Source: Adineta vaga (lineage: Eukaryota > Animalia > Rotifera). Taken from it: a DNA stretch of 64,000 bases. This document shows, in pieces, positions 1 through 12,451 of this stretch (positions within the stretch are counted from its first letter, which is position 1; every line of letters starts with the position of its first letter). The stretch is taken from assembly GCA_021613535.1 (NCBI GenBank), contig CP075496.1, forward strand, positions 3,472,001 through 3,536,000, written 5' to 3'. Position numbers and translations under genes: made by a program. The notes beneath the pieces are model-generated. The model saw only the letters and a list, made by a program, of their open reading frames with translations, made no database searches and was not told the origin of the DNA.

Positions 1-711
1 AATGCTATTATATTCAAAAGCTAATCAGACCATCTACCTGTTTACTTTTCTTCTCGCTGATTTCTAAAATCTAAACACCGAGCAACTAAAACTCATTAAG
101 ATTCTATAAACTAGACTTTTTTTGCACCTCGATATCTATGTGTTTAACCGAGTCTAAAATTAAATTTACAGTTGAAAGAAACTCAGGAAAAAGAATGAAG
201 TAGAAAAAAAACCGTGATTTTACAGCATATTACACAATAAAGTAAGATTTCTTAAATGAAAAAAAACATCGCTCAGTGTATATCTGACTGCAAATATTGT
301 TATATAGCTCATGTTTAAGATGTCATATTTATAGATTTAATTCTGTTAAAGAAAAGGACATTCTTCAACATACAAAAGAAAAAAAGCATCTTAAGAAAAG
401 CAGAAACAAACGTAAATTCGATTCTCTTAATGCACAAAAAGTATTAGAAGTTTCTCGTTGTTATTACTAAAAAGCGAAATCATACTTACTCTTCAGTTTA
501 ATTAAATTTCTCAAGAATAAAATAAATTTTTGAGCGTGATAAACAAGTTTCAATTAACAACAGTTGTCTCTATTGGAATGGACTACTGTAAACGAGACGA
601 GTTTTGTTCTTTATGAAAAGGCCTAATAAAACTTTAAAGATAACTAGATATATATATATATATACTTCTCTTTTTCTGAAGAGAAAGAAGAGAGATTAAG
701 CAAGAAATTCT

Positions 712-737
712 GAGAGAGAGAGAGAGAGAGAGAGAGA
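712..737. repeat. (GA)13 microsatellite
   Basis: Perfect GA dinucleotide run; a (TA)n run lies nearby at ~649-663. Confidence 0.9.
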
Positions 738-2759
738 AAAATGAAAAGAGAAACATTTACACATAGTCCAGCTGTTTATGTTTGTCAACTCGAGATTGAC
801 GTAAAAGAAAAGCAAATATGACATTTCTCTATGAAGAAACGATGTCTTTCCATTATACTTACTTAGATTACAAGAACAGATCAGATAAAAATCTTCTCAT
901 AATTTATTGAAAATGTTCTGAAAATTATCTTACATCATTCCTTAAACTCCTTGAGGACAAATACAAACTTAATGATTTGATTTAATCCTTAAAACATCTT
1001 TTCAGTCATGTCTTGTACTTTCAAAAGAACGAACGAACGAACGAACGCCAACGTATACGTAGGCGTTCTAATACAATCAATCTTAATAAAAAAAAATCAT
1101 ATTTGTGTTCAAAAATCTATTATATGAAATGGACGATTATAACAAATATGGTAGGCGTTCATCTCGAACTGATAATGACATTTCCATTATATATCTATCA
1201 AAATCTGGTGAGATATACCGTTTTACAAATTCCATCAATGTCATGAGTTTTCAATTTGTTTTCTCACACTTCCTTTACATTAATAAGAGATGATTAAATG
1301 AGCAATTAATAATCGTTTTTTTTCGACTCAAGTTGACCTAATAACATCCTATAATTTTAAGGGCATTTTAAAATCCGTTGATTTTAACGTTACAGATACG
1401 TATTGACATATTTATAGAACTCAAGGCTAATTAGATTTTTGTTTTGATGTACTCGTTTATAGCGAAAAAGATTTGAAAATAAGATTACAGAGGCAGATAT
1501 GTTGAACAAGATGAACTAATCCTTTTCCATCAAATACCGCTTAATGAATACTATTTTAGATATCTTGAGTGAGCTTTTGATGCATGTAGATAGAAGAAAG
1601 TACGTTAATATGCATTCGAATTTTGCTTTTCTGAATGTTATAACTTCGCTTATCAATATTTATCAGTAAAAACATCGTATGAAATCAAAATGAGAAGAAA
1701 TAATTAGAACTTACTTGTAAATTGAATTCGAAGAGAGTGAAAAGTTAGTTTCTTTTGTTTATTTGATTTTTAATTCCATACGAAGATTGTTCCTTTAAAA
1801 AATCTTCTTTTTTTTTAATATCACAGAAACTTCGAATGAGAAAATCAAAGCTCGCACATTCTTTCGATTTATTATGAAAGTTACTCAAAGCAATTTCTTT
1901 TTCTAAAACGTAACCTAATGATCATTCATTTCATTGTTATAGTTATTTACAATATAGACAGACTTTTGTTGAGAGTTCCTTCTTCAACGGTAGTTTACTT
2001 ATATTTCCACCTACTCAATGCGTAGCAATATTTTCTCAATAGAAATGTTATTAACGTCAAAAAAAGGTTCCTACCAAAATGGAATAAATATTTATCAAAA
2101 TCTGGTGTATTGACCGAAGGGATTATTCTCTCTAAACTCATGGTTCCAGGAAGTTAAAAGGCACGAATTATCAACAATGTCATATTTAATTGATTATATA
2201 GATTAAATAGATTATTATGTATGAATAATTCATTGACGTAAATACGTATTTAATTTCTCGAGCCATTCAAATAAATATCAGTTGTTATAGATCAATATTT
2301 TGAAGAAAATATATTTGAATAACAAATTTACATGTTCTTCTTTCTAGTTCTTGATGAATACTATCTGTAATAGAATAGCATTCACTATAGAAGACCTATT
2401 TCCGAGAAAAACCAGTTATTTATAACAAGAAAATAAGTAAATTAATGCTATAAATATCTGAACTATTATGTGAAACACTTGTCGACATCCGAGAATGTTC
2501 TCCTGTTCGTGCGTATTCATCGAAGAAAGATCTAGATTGAATCTTAAGATTTTTTTAGTTTTATTATGGAAGAACAGGAGAAGTTTGTAGAAAAAAAGAA
2601 AAAGAAAACAAAACATAAAATATATGTAACATTGAGTTGTTCTATCGTAGCAAAAAATTGTGTTGTTGTTGTTTTTTTCTTCTGTATATACATTTGACTT
2701 GAGAGGAAAACAAAAGCAAACAAACGATGAATACACTTCTTGATGAATGTGTAGAAGAA

Positions 2760-5758
2760 TTAAATCGATTGTTCCGAAGAATTATTTTCAATTGTATTCG
2801 GCATGACAACATGAACATCGATGCGATCAAGACCTGTTGTTTCGTCAGTATTATGAACAAATAATAAATGACCACTATCGATTTGTCCAAGAAGATTTTC
2901 TAGTTCAGCAATATTATGTAATGAATTCTAAAAAGAAAGATAGTGAAATGAATATCGAGAAGATTTTCTATTATTTACATCGGTTGTATCTTCTTCATTT
3001 TGTGTTGATGGAATTCTAGAAAGGAAACATGATTAATTTAGTTCATATCAAATATTCATCGTTTCATAATGAACAATAATGTCTTCATGATGAACAACCT
3101 CTTCAAATACAATAATGACAGCTGGTTAATAAGCGTATTTTGTATTTAGATACAAGTTTATTGTTGATAGAATAGTGTGATCCGAAAACACAGTTTCATG
3201 AAATAAGTGTAAGTATATCGAGTATAGAGTGTGGAGAGAGATCGAAAGATTATCATGATATGATAAGTGCAAGGCTTAAACGATAATCTCAGACGTAACA
3301 ATCTCCTCTTTCATTTTATTATTTGGTTTTAATTAATAACAAGGTATGATCAGATTACTTAAAGTATTATAATGTCAAATGGTTTTATATTGACGTAAAC
3401 AAATGAATACTTCCCTCGAGGTACGTGTCACATAAAATCCTCTTTTTTAAAGAAAGAACTACTTCAGTAAATTATCGATGTGCAACTATGAACTGTTTTA
3501 CAAACGTGATCATTTTTCAGAATGGGAATATGTCTCATTGACTGAATTTAAAGACAAGTAATAACGTACATTTGTTCCAATTTTGATTCAGATTGTGTTG
3601 TCATTACTTCTACTGTATCAGCTACATCCATTGAACTATCGCCATCATCATCATCATCATCTTCATCTATAAATTCTGCACTTTTCTTCAAACGTGTATT
3701 GTTTTTTTCTAAAAACATTTACGAGGAAAATTTTGAAAAACGAAGTAAGAAAATAAACAGAAATTCTTACTCGATTGTAAACGTTTCTCTCGACGTCGAT
3801 TGATTTCCAATGGATCGGATGATGATATCTAGGAAATAAATTAAATCTTCAACTTAATTAATTTAATCGATGAATTCATACTTGTTTAGATTTTCGTTTA
3901 ATTACTCGTCGTTTTCGTCCTTTTGTTTGTTTGTTCGTTTCCATATCACTACCATTACCATCTTCTGATGAATCTTCTGATGGTGAATAAAAACAGGTGA
4001 GATCAAATGGAACACGTTGATCTAGAATATGTTCGAAAAATAAATTCTAAGAATCTTATTTTATCATACTTAAAGCTGAATCAATCAAAGTTCGATTAGC
4101 TTTATCTTCAGTTTTGAATTTTCTTTTGATATCATCTCGATCACGATTAGGAAATACACGTGCAATCAATGTAAAATCAGTTCCACACATTCGTAATGCT
4201 TGATAAAAACGTAATGTATCTAAAAGGATACAATTATAAAATGTGTATAGAAAAATCGAAAATATACCTCGAGTATTCCATCGTTTTCTTCGACCAATTT
4301 TACGATAGCTTTGATGTGTTAAATTGTCATCATTGAATTGCCCTTCAACGATAACTGTATTTCTCGGTGTATCATCCATATTTCGAATATATAAACTAAA
4401 GAAAGATATCTTTATATAAAACAAAAATATACATATTTCTTCAAAAAACGAACCTTTCCTCATCGACAACTAAGAGACCATTAGCATCGATTTTTAATTG
4501 TGGTGCTATACTCGAATTTTGTCCATCAGTACTCGAGATACTCTGTTTACGAACAGGGTCAGCAGAAGTATCTACCGTTGATTTGAGTTTAACTCTAGAA
4601 AATCCAAATGAAAATTGATGAATGAAGAGAAGCAATCAGACATACTCCATAGGATTATCAACAGGATTGTAATGAACAAAATCGGCGATTTTTAATTTCG
4701 ATGTATCAACTGGAACACCTTTGCTGGAACCTGTTTCATCAAGTTTTTCAAGTGTTGCTGCACGACGTTTTCGTATAGTCTAAAAGACTCACAAATTATA
4801 CAAACAATTAAGCTGTTTATTTACCATTTCAGGTTCGACTTTTCCAGCAAGCCGTTGTGCTCGATAGGTTATATGTTGACTAATATATTCACGACTAATT
4901 CTAGTATTCATTCGGTTCGATAAAGGCGGTACTTGATATTGACTGTTATCCATAACTATTGGAGGAATTTCGGGAGTTTCTGTAATCATTGCTTCATTTT
5001 TAGTTGACTCGGTCATATCTACACTCGTTGGAGCATCTAACACTGGGTTTATTTGAGTTTCATTTTCAATAATCGTTCTGAATAAAAATGAGATTGAAAA
5101 AAAAAGAAACTTTGAATGAGAAAAAAACGAACTTAGTAGGTGGTTGAATTATTCGTGTATATGTTATTGATGATGTTGATGAATGTTTTTGACGAAAAGA
5201 TTCACTTTCACTTTCCGTGCCTGAACAACTAGCAGATGGTCTTCAAAAAAACAAACAAAAAAACGTATGTCATGAAGGTAAGAATTAAATAGATTGACAT
5301 ACCGGCGATGATGAATGACGGATTTCACACCGATATTGGGTGTTATTTTTTTTCGAAATAATGGTCTTGCAGTCGGTGTAGGAGCAGGTGGTGGTGGAGA
5401 GGATGGAGCAGTTGAAATAGAAGTAGGTTCAATGGATGGAGCGATTGGAAGAGGATCAGGTGAAGGTGATGGTGGTGGTGCTTCATTTATTTCTTCAACA
5501 TGGGGCACGGGTTCTGAAATAAAACAAAAAGAATATACGTATATCAACATTTAAAGTATTTTTTTTTAGAATAAATGTACCTTCGACGACTGGTAATGTT
5601 GGTTGAGTTTCAACCTGTTCAACGACCTGTTCGTTTTGTGACGAGGGAGCTGGTATCGATTCAGCTGATGTTTCTTGTGATTGCACAGTATTGCTGCTTA
5701 CCGGACGTGTTGTTTGAACATTTGGTTTAACGTTAACACGAGGTCGCCGAAAAGCCAT
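2760..5758 (-). CDS. BDP1: Transcription factor TFIIIB component B'' (BDP1-like), multi-exon
   Basis: Starts MAFRRPRVNVKPNV (ATG 5758). Spliced SANT/Myb domain WNTR|DTLRFYQALRMCGTDFTLIARVFPNRDRDDIKRKFKTEDKANRTLIDSAL, preceded by APQLKIDANGLLVVDEE, typical of BDP1. Acidic 3' exons; the likely last exon NSLHNIAELENLLGQ...SSEQSI* ends at 2760 (3' end less certain). Confidence 0.85.
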
Positions 5759-6055
5759 GATCAATCTAAAGACCCATCGAAACAACGTTTAAACACATAT
5801 CTTACATTTTCTTTTTCTTTTAACATGAATACAATCGCGAGAATATTATTCTCTGAGAAAATTTGATAGTCGAGACGTCTAACGAAAAAAAAATTTCACC
5901 ATCACTCGTTTCTTTTGAATCATATAAAATGTCTATCACATTGCAATCATTTCTTCTATTGGTCAATCAACTTCACCAATGATCTATCAACCTTGCAAAT
6001 CAAATTTCACATTACGTTTCTAGTTTCTTTAGTTACCAATTATTCTCGAAAAAAA

Positions 6056-7446
6056 ATGATTATACAATCACTTCTACGGATTTATTGTCAAATTAGATTT
6101 GCACAATATCTCCTTCAAGTTCGTTGAAATCAAGAAAATTGATACCGAAAGATTTCTTACTTTTTATTCTTTAGTTTATTGCAAATATAATCATTCCTGA
6201 TCATGATGCACACGTTTTCAATCCACCGTCATGGTCATTAAATAATGGAACAACATTAATTAACCTATGTATTGATCAATTCTTCTCAGGTTTACGTCGT
6301 TGGGATGCTGTGCATTTTCTTCATATTGCCAGATATGGATACATCTATGAAAGTTCTCTTGCATTCTTTCCAACCTATCCATTATTATTTATCCGACCGA
6401 TAGCTTATCTTCTCAATCAAATACTTCAAGAATCAAATTCTTATTTATTAAGTTCAATTACGGTTAATTTTCTTATTGGATTCTGTAATACATATTTAAT
6501 CTATAACTTAGCTTTAAAATTTCATTTAACACCAAATCATGCCTATTGGTCTTCGATACTTTATATAATCAATCCTGCAAGCATCTTTTTTCTTGCTCCA
6601 TATTCTGAAACATTATTTTTATTTACTCAATTAATCGGACATTATTTCTTAAAATCTCATCATATTTTCTATTCATGTTTATGTTTTGCATTCGGATCAA
6701 CAATACGTTCAAATGGTATCGTATCATTTGGTTTTATTGTCTATTATTATTTGAAACAAAAACGCATTTTTCCATGGTATTATTTAATTGTATGTGTTTC
6801 ACCATTTCTTCTAACGCAATATTATTTATACAAAGAATATTGTTTCGAGAAAGTGATCTCTCCAGAATTTCAAACCTACGGTTATGAACAAAATTTGGCT
6901 ATGCCTTTAACTAACTTCTCATCTGAATGGTGTCAAAAATCCGTCCCATTGTCATATCAATACGTTCAAAAAACCTATTGGAATGTTGGTTTCTTGAAAT
7001 ATTATACCTGGAAACAAATACCAAACTTTCTGTTAGCTTTACCAGTATATATTATAATTGGTAGTTTTTTGAAACATTGGTTTCAATTAGTCAAAAAAGA
7101 TTTGTGGAGAAGAAAATTAAATTTTCTCTTTGCAAATAAAACGGACGAGAAAAACAAGATTTGGTTGGCAGAAAAAGATTTTCTTCCCCATATAATTTAC
7201 ATGCTATTTTTAAGTCTTTTTGCATTGGTTGTCATGCATATACAAGTGGCAACACGTTTTCTTTTCTCAAGTGGACCATTTCTATATTTGATTTGTGCTG
7301 ATAGGATCAAGCAATATGAGATAAGAAATGGAAATCTTAGGAAAATGTTTTATTTATTTAAGAAAGAAACATTTCTTTTTTATTACTATATGACTTATGT
7401 GATTGTCGGTATTTGTCTTTTTTCGAATTTTTTACCATGGACATGA
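6056..7446 (+). CDS. PIGV: GPI mannosyltransferase 2 (PIG-V), 2 exons
   Basis: Motifs LRRWDAVHFLHIARYGY, AFFPTYP, NPASIFFLAPYSETLF, RSNG, YQYVQKTYWNVGFLKYYTWKQIPNFLLA and C-terminal SNFLPWT. One short intron near 6119-6174. Confidence 0.95.
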
Positions 7447-7492
7447 CATGTAAGAAAGGAAAAATGTTCTATTTTATTTTAGATTAAATTTA

Positions 7493-10400
7493 ATGAGTCG
7501 AAATCCGTTAACGAATCATCGACGACGAGATGATTTGGATGATTATTGGTTCGAAAAAATTGCTGTGGACTCAAAAGTAAGGAGTGTTTATTGTTGAGTA
7601 ATAGAATGAGTATTAAAGTGAAAGTTTATTTAGACAGCTGAAGAAATTCGTGAACATACAATTCCGGAAAATCTTTCACCAGTTGCAAAAACATTGGCAA
7701 TGCTCGAGTAGATGATTTCTTATTCATTTGATTCTATGATTTTTCTCATATTTTTTTTTCTATTAAGTTCTCGATCTGATATACAACGTTTAGCTGGTAT
7801 TCGTCTACTTTCATCTGTTATAAATTCTGATCAAGATGAAACATTTCAACGAATATTACCGAAATTCAAAGTATATTTATATTTCGTTTTGACAAAAATC
7901 GTTTTATTATTCGTAATTTTAGTTGATTATTGAACAAGCAGTTGAGAATGAAGAACATATTGTTGCTGCTGAAACAATTGTTTCAATGATTCGACAACAA
8001 TCATTATCTTATTCAGAATTTATGTCCTTATTTTCACAAATGATATGTGCCTTTCTATTTCCGACTAGTACGAGTCGATTTTCAATCGGTTAGCAATGAA
8101 TATTTTCTTATATCGAAATGAATTGTATATTTTAACTAGATTTTGGTGGTATCTGGTGCCAAGGTTTATGCAATATGATAGATGCATTTCCAAATACAAC
8201 ATCATTTACTTCGGTTTGAATGATTATTTTGAATTCACATCAGAATATTTCGTTTCTTTCTAGTTACTTGATTTAATTTTTAATCGTATTTTACATGGTT
8301 CATATGTTCGAGATCGATTAGCGATTATTCTAGCTAAATTATCATGTCGATTATCATCATCTATGTAGGAGAATATTATAATTATTGAAAGAAGAAAATA
8401 ATTATTTTTCCTTTTAGAGTGGAAAATCGTTTATTACCTGTGTTTAAAAATTTTATTAATGATACAAATGCTGATATTCGTGCACTTGCTTGTGAGAAAC
8501 TACCAACACTTGCACAATCACTTGAGTAAGATATTCCAATACTGATAGAAACAATAGAACGATTACTTTCTCTGTCTTACTTGTCAGAAGAATATGTATT
8601 ATTATTCAGATTTAAATATCTTTCAAAACTATAATACAATATTTAGATCTGATAAAATACCAACATTAATACTACCATTACTTGTGATATTGTCCAAAGA
8701 TGAAAATTTAAATGTACGTCAGACATGTTTTGAATCTTTGCTTGAACTTCGGAATGAATTGAACGATCCTCAATGGAATGAACAAGTTAAAGATATGATT
8801 ACTTCTCTGGTTCAATTTGGTCTATCTTCAAGAACATCGAAATTTCTTACGACTATTGCTGTACATCTTCTTGATCTATGTCATGCATTTACCAGTAAGA
8901 AGAATCACATAGGAATGCCAAATATAATCTCCTATTTTTAGTTTTTGGTATAGATGAGTCGGATTTGATTAATGAAGCTTTTCTACGGTTAAGTCAAGAA
9001 AAAGTAAATCATAAAAAAATTGATTTTCTTCAAATATTGATCTATATCTTCGTAGAACATTCCAGAATTGTCGATTAGCTTGTGCGAAACATTTTTCAGT
9101 AAGAAATCTTTTTTCATACGAAATCGAAAGCTATCTTTATCTTTTCTTTCTAGTCAGTAATTATTTATCTCGGTCCTGAACAATTAACAAATGCATTAGA
9201 AGACACATTTTCTCGATTATGTAATGATAATGATCGAAATATTCCTTCAATGATGTCATCAACCATCATTCATGTAAGTCGAATATAATAGATTTCTTTC
9301 AGGTTTTTGTTTCAATATTGTTTCTATAGGATTTATTTTTAGCTTACAAAATTATATCGTAATAATAACGAGAAAAAATATCTCTCAATTATATGGAATG
9401 GCTTTTTGACTTTATTGAATAATACCAATCATGACGTTATGTTTGCAATAGCAAGAAATTTATTGGATATTTTTCATGGTTTTTCGCGAGAGAAAAATGA
9501 AGGCTTTCTAAATGGAACAATCTCGCCAACATCAGCGGTAAGAATGAAAACGATATTTTTTCCTATAAGAACTCTTACAAGTTGTTTTTAATAGGTTCCT
9601 GACCCTGAAATATTTATTAATCATCTTCTGGAATTTGAACGACGTATATTTGAAACAACTCTTTCATGGCGTTCATATATTCTATGTCTTCAAGCATTTG
9701 TTCATTTACCTTGTTTATTATCAAGTGAACTAATACAAACAAAAATTTTACCACGTGTTTTTACCCGTATATTTACCGTAAGAACAAATTATTCTAAGAT
9801 ATACTTACCTTGCTATCTATTTCTTTCTTTGAAGAAACAAGTCTGTGTTCGAGAAATTGCTGTTGATAGTTATGTTCAATTATTACGAAAGATTCCACGT
9901 CGATCAATACGAAAAAATGCGTTTCAAAAATTGAAAACTGATCTTTTAGCTAATAAATCATTTCAATGGCGTATTATGTATATAAAAGTCTGTCGACAAA
10001 TACTTGTTCATTATTCAAAGGGATTTTTCAAAGAAAATTTTCTCGAAACAGTTCTTTCAATTGGATATGATCCTGTTTTAAATGTATGTTATTCTATTTC
10101 AATATTTTATCATTCAAATATTCGACAATTCTTTAGGTTCGAATTCAATTCATTCCCTTACTAATCGAAATCAAATCAATTCTTCGTTTACCAGCTGATC
10201 GTTTATCTATATCAAGAATTGAAACTATGATGGAATGTTTTCTAACTTCAAAAACGATTACATTACATGATCTGGCTAATAATGGTCTTTTACAATTAGA
10301 TCAAATACGTTCATATAAACCGCTATCAATGTTTTCAAACCATTCGTTAGATGATGAAAATGATCAAATCAAAGAGAATGAAGAAGAACTTCTCGATGAA

Positions 10401-10664
10401 CTCGATTCTTCATCGCGTCGTTCATCGAATAAATCTACTGAGCAATATGTAATAACAAAACGTTTAGCTGACACAACAATATCAAGTAAATCAGTTCCAT
10501 CAATAAAAAGTCCTCGATCTTCGAAGACTTCTTCGGAAGGTCGTTATCGAAAATCATCATTGACTAAACAACGACGTCGACAATCGCTGAATGATAGTAC
10601 AGTATCACGTTTATCACACCAAACAGCAATTAAGAAAAATCTTAAATGTATGAAATCTATATAA
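7493..10664 (+). CDS. PPP4R4: Serine/threonine phosphatase 4 regulatory subunit 4-like HEAT-repeat protein, many exons
   Basis: Spliced N-terminus SK|TAEEIREHTIPENLSPVAKTLAML...DQDETFQRILPKFK resembles PPP4R4. HEAT-like repeats (DENLNVRQTCFESLL, WRIMYIKVC, YDPVLNVR) are followed by a Ser-rich tail. The last codons may instead splice to ~10705. Confidence 0.75.
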
Positions 10665-12451
10665 AGAATAATGACAATTTTTATTTTCACACTCTTTATT
10701 TTAGAAAAATAAAAACTAATTGACGTCGTTTGGTGCAATATAATATCTTCAATGATAATTAGAATTGCCACACAAAACATGGACAAAAGAATATATTCTA
10801 TATAGTCTTCGTTGGTTTAGTTCTTTTTCTATTATGTAATATTTTCAATAGCAATAAGATTGAATTCAATGGAAAAGTTGTGAAAATTTCAATTGATTTG
10901 AAATATAGTGGTGTTTTTTTTTATATAATTCTTCTATGTTTCCGTCCTTGTGAATGAAAATTCTGCTAATACTGTTTTATGTGTGACGGTATTAACGTGT
11001 TCATTGTAAGCAATGCTTTTTTTTCTCCTTGAATGATTCTACTTTTTTGTTTCGTCGATTTTTTCGGTAAAATATATTACTCAATAACATGATCACATTT
11101 TCATTTGATGAATATTTTCATAGACACTTTTGCTTCCCACTGCTTAATATTGATTATGACAGTCTAATAAAAATAAATAAATAAACTTGTACATACATGT
11201 TTGACGTCACTCACTAAATATAGTGTTCTTTTTACGATGAATAAAATAGATCATATGAATGATATAAATGATAATGACACAGGTAAGGACGTATAAAGCA
11301 CATTATACTCTGTGTCTGTGTATCAGAAAAATATAATTGCGAGATACATTTTAGTGGTTCATATTCTATTCTAAAGAAGAATAGACCTGTACAGTTTTGA
11401 ATAACTAACAAACAAATTACAAGATAATTCTTATTCTGCATTGAACCTGTTTACAAATGGAATCTGAACGCCGTTCCAGTATACATCTAAAGCCTAAGTC
11501 AAACTATGGTAAGTGTATTAATTTATATTATAACCGTTATAATAAAACCAAATACTATTTTAAAGATTAATCAAAAGAAATCAGGTTAAATGATCAAATG
11601 ACTTGTTTTATGAAAGGAAATAGAATACACGTATATGTTTAAAAAAGTCAAAATAAATGACATACTCTCATGTCCTTCGAAAGCAAATTTTGTTGTTAGA
11701 TCAATTATAGAAACTATCAGATTACTACTTTTGTTTTCAAATAGAAAAGTATCCGATTTAAGTTTTATCTTGAGTTTACATTTCATCTATCTTTTGAAGA
11801 GGATTGATTTATCGTTCTTTACTTCACATTAATAATTCTTTATAAACATATTTTCCTACAGTACTATCGCTAATAGTACATTGAGGTATTTTAAGTCTAC
11901 ATAACAAAATTGATTTGACGAGATCTTGCGAGAAAAATGACTTGTTTCATTATGCGATCTAATCGTGTAGTTGGCTATGGTTTAATACTTAGTGCTTTCA
12001 AAATAGTCATTAACCTTGAAAAGCTGTTGAAATTCATATTTCTTTTCTTCTCTAACAAAGAAAGACTATCAAAAGACCATTCAACAAAATGTTTGTTTGT
12101 GTAAAAGGTAATATTTATAAACATTTGTCTTGAAAGTAAATGCTTGGAAGATAAGGAAAATGTCGATAATAATTTCACTAGAATGTCAAAGACAAGTGCA
12201 AGCATTTGAAAAGACACAATAATAACGAAAAGGAATTTCGAAAGGAAAAGGACGTCAATTGACGTTTTCGTATGATAACATATTTGATTAAGAGGTTTTT
12301 CTTTATGTGTATGTATATAAAGCTTAAGATCATTTTTTATTTTCATTGGATCGAATAGAAAAGAAAAAGAAAGAGAAGGACTTTATTCTGATTTTTTACC
12401 TTTCTCTTTTTTTCGTTGTTGATCGATTAAACAAATATATACATATACATA

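Noticed and set aside
1-2400. Short ORFs (1013-1293) and minus-strand donor-like sites near 37 and 489
   Set aside because: No recognisable protein. This may be the 5' non-coding part of a gene beyond the window, but that cannot be supported.
5315-5554. Gly-rich plus-strand ORF
   Set aside because: Antisense shadow of the Pro-rich BDP1 exon.
10700-11200. Possible small spliced minus-strand gene
   Set aside because: No frame-consistent exon chain could be assembled.
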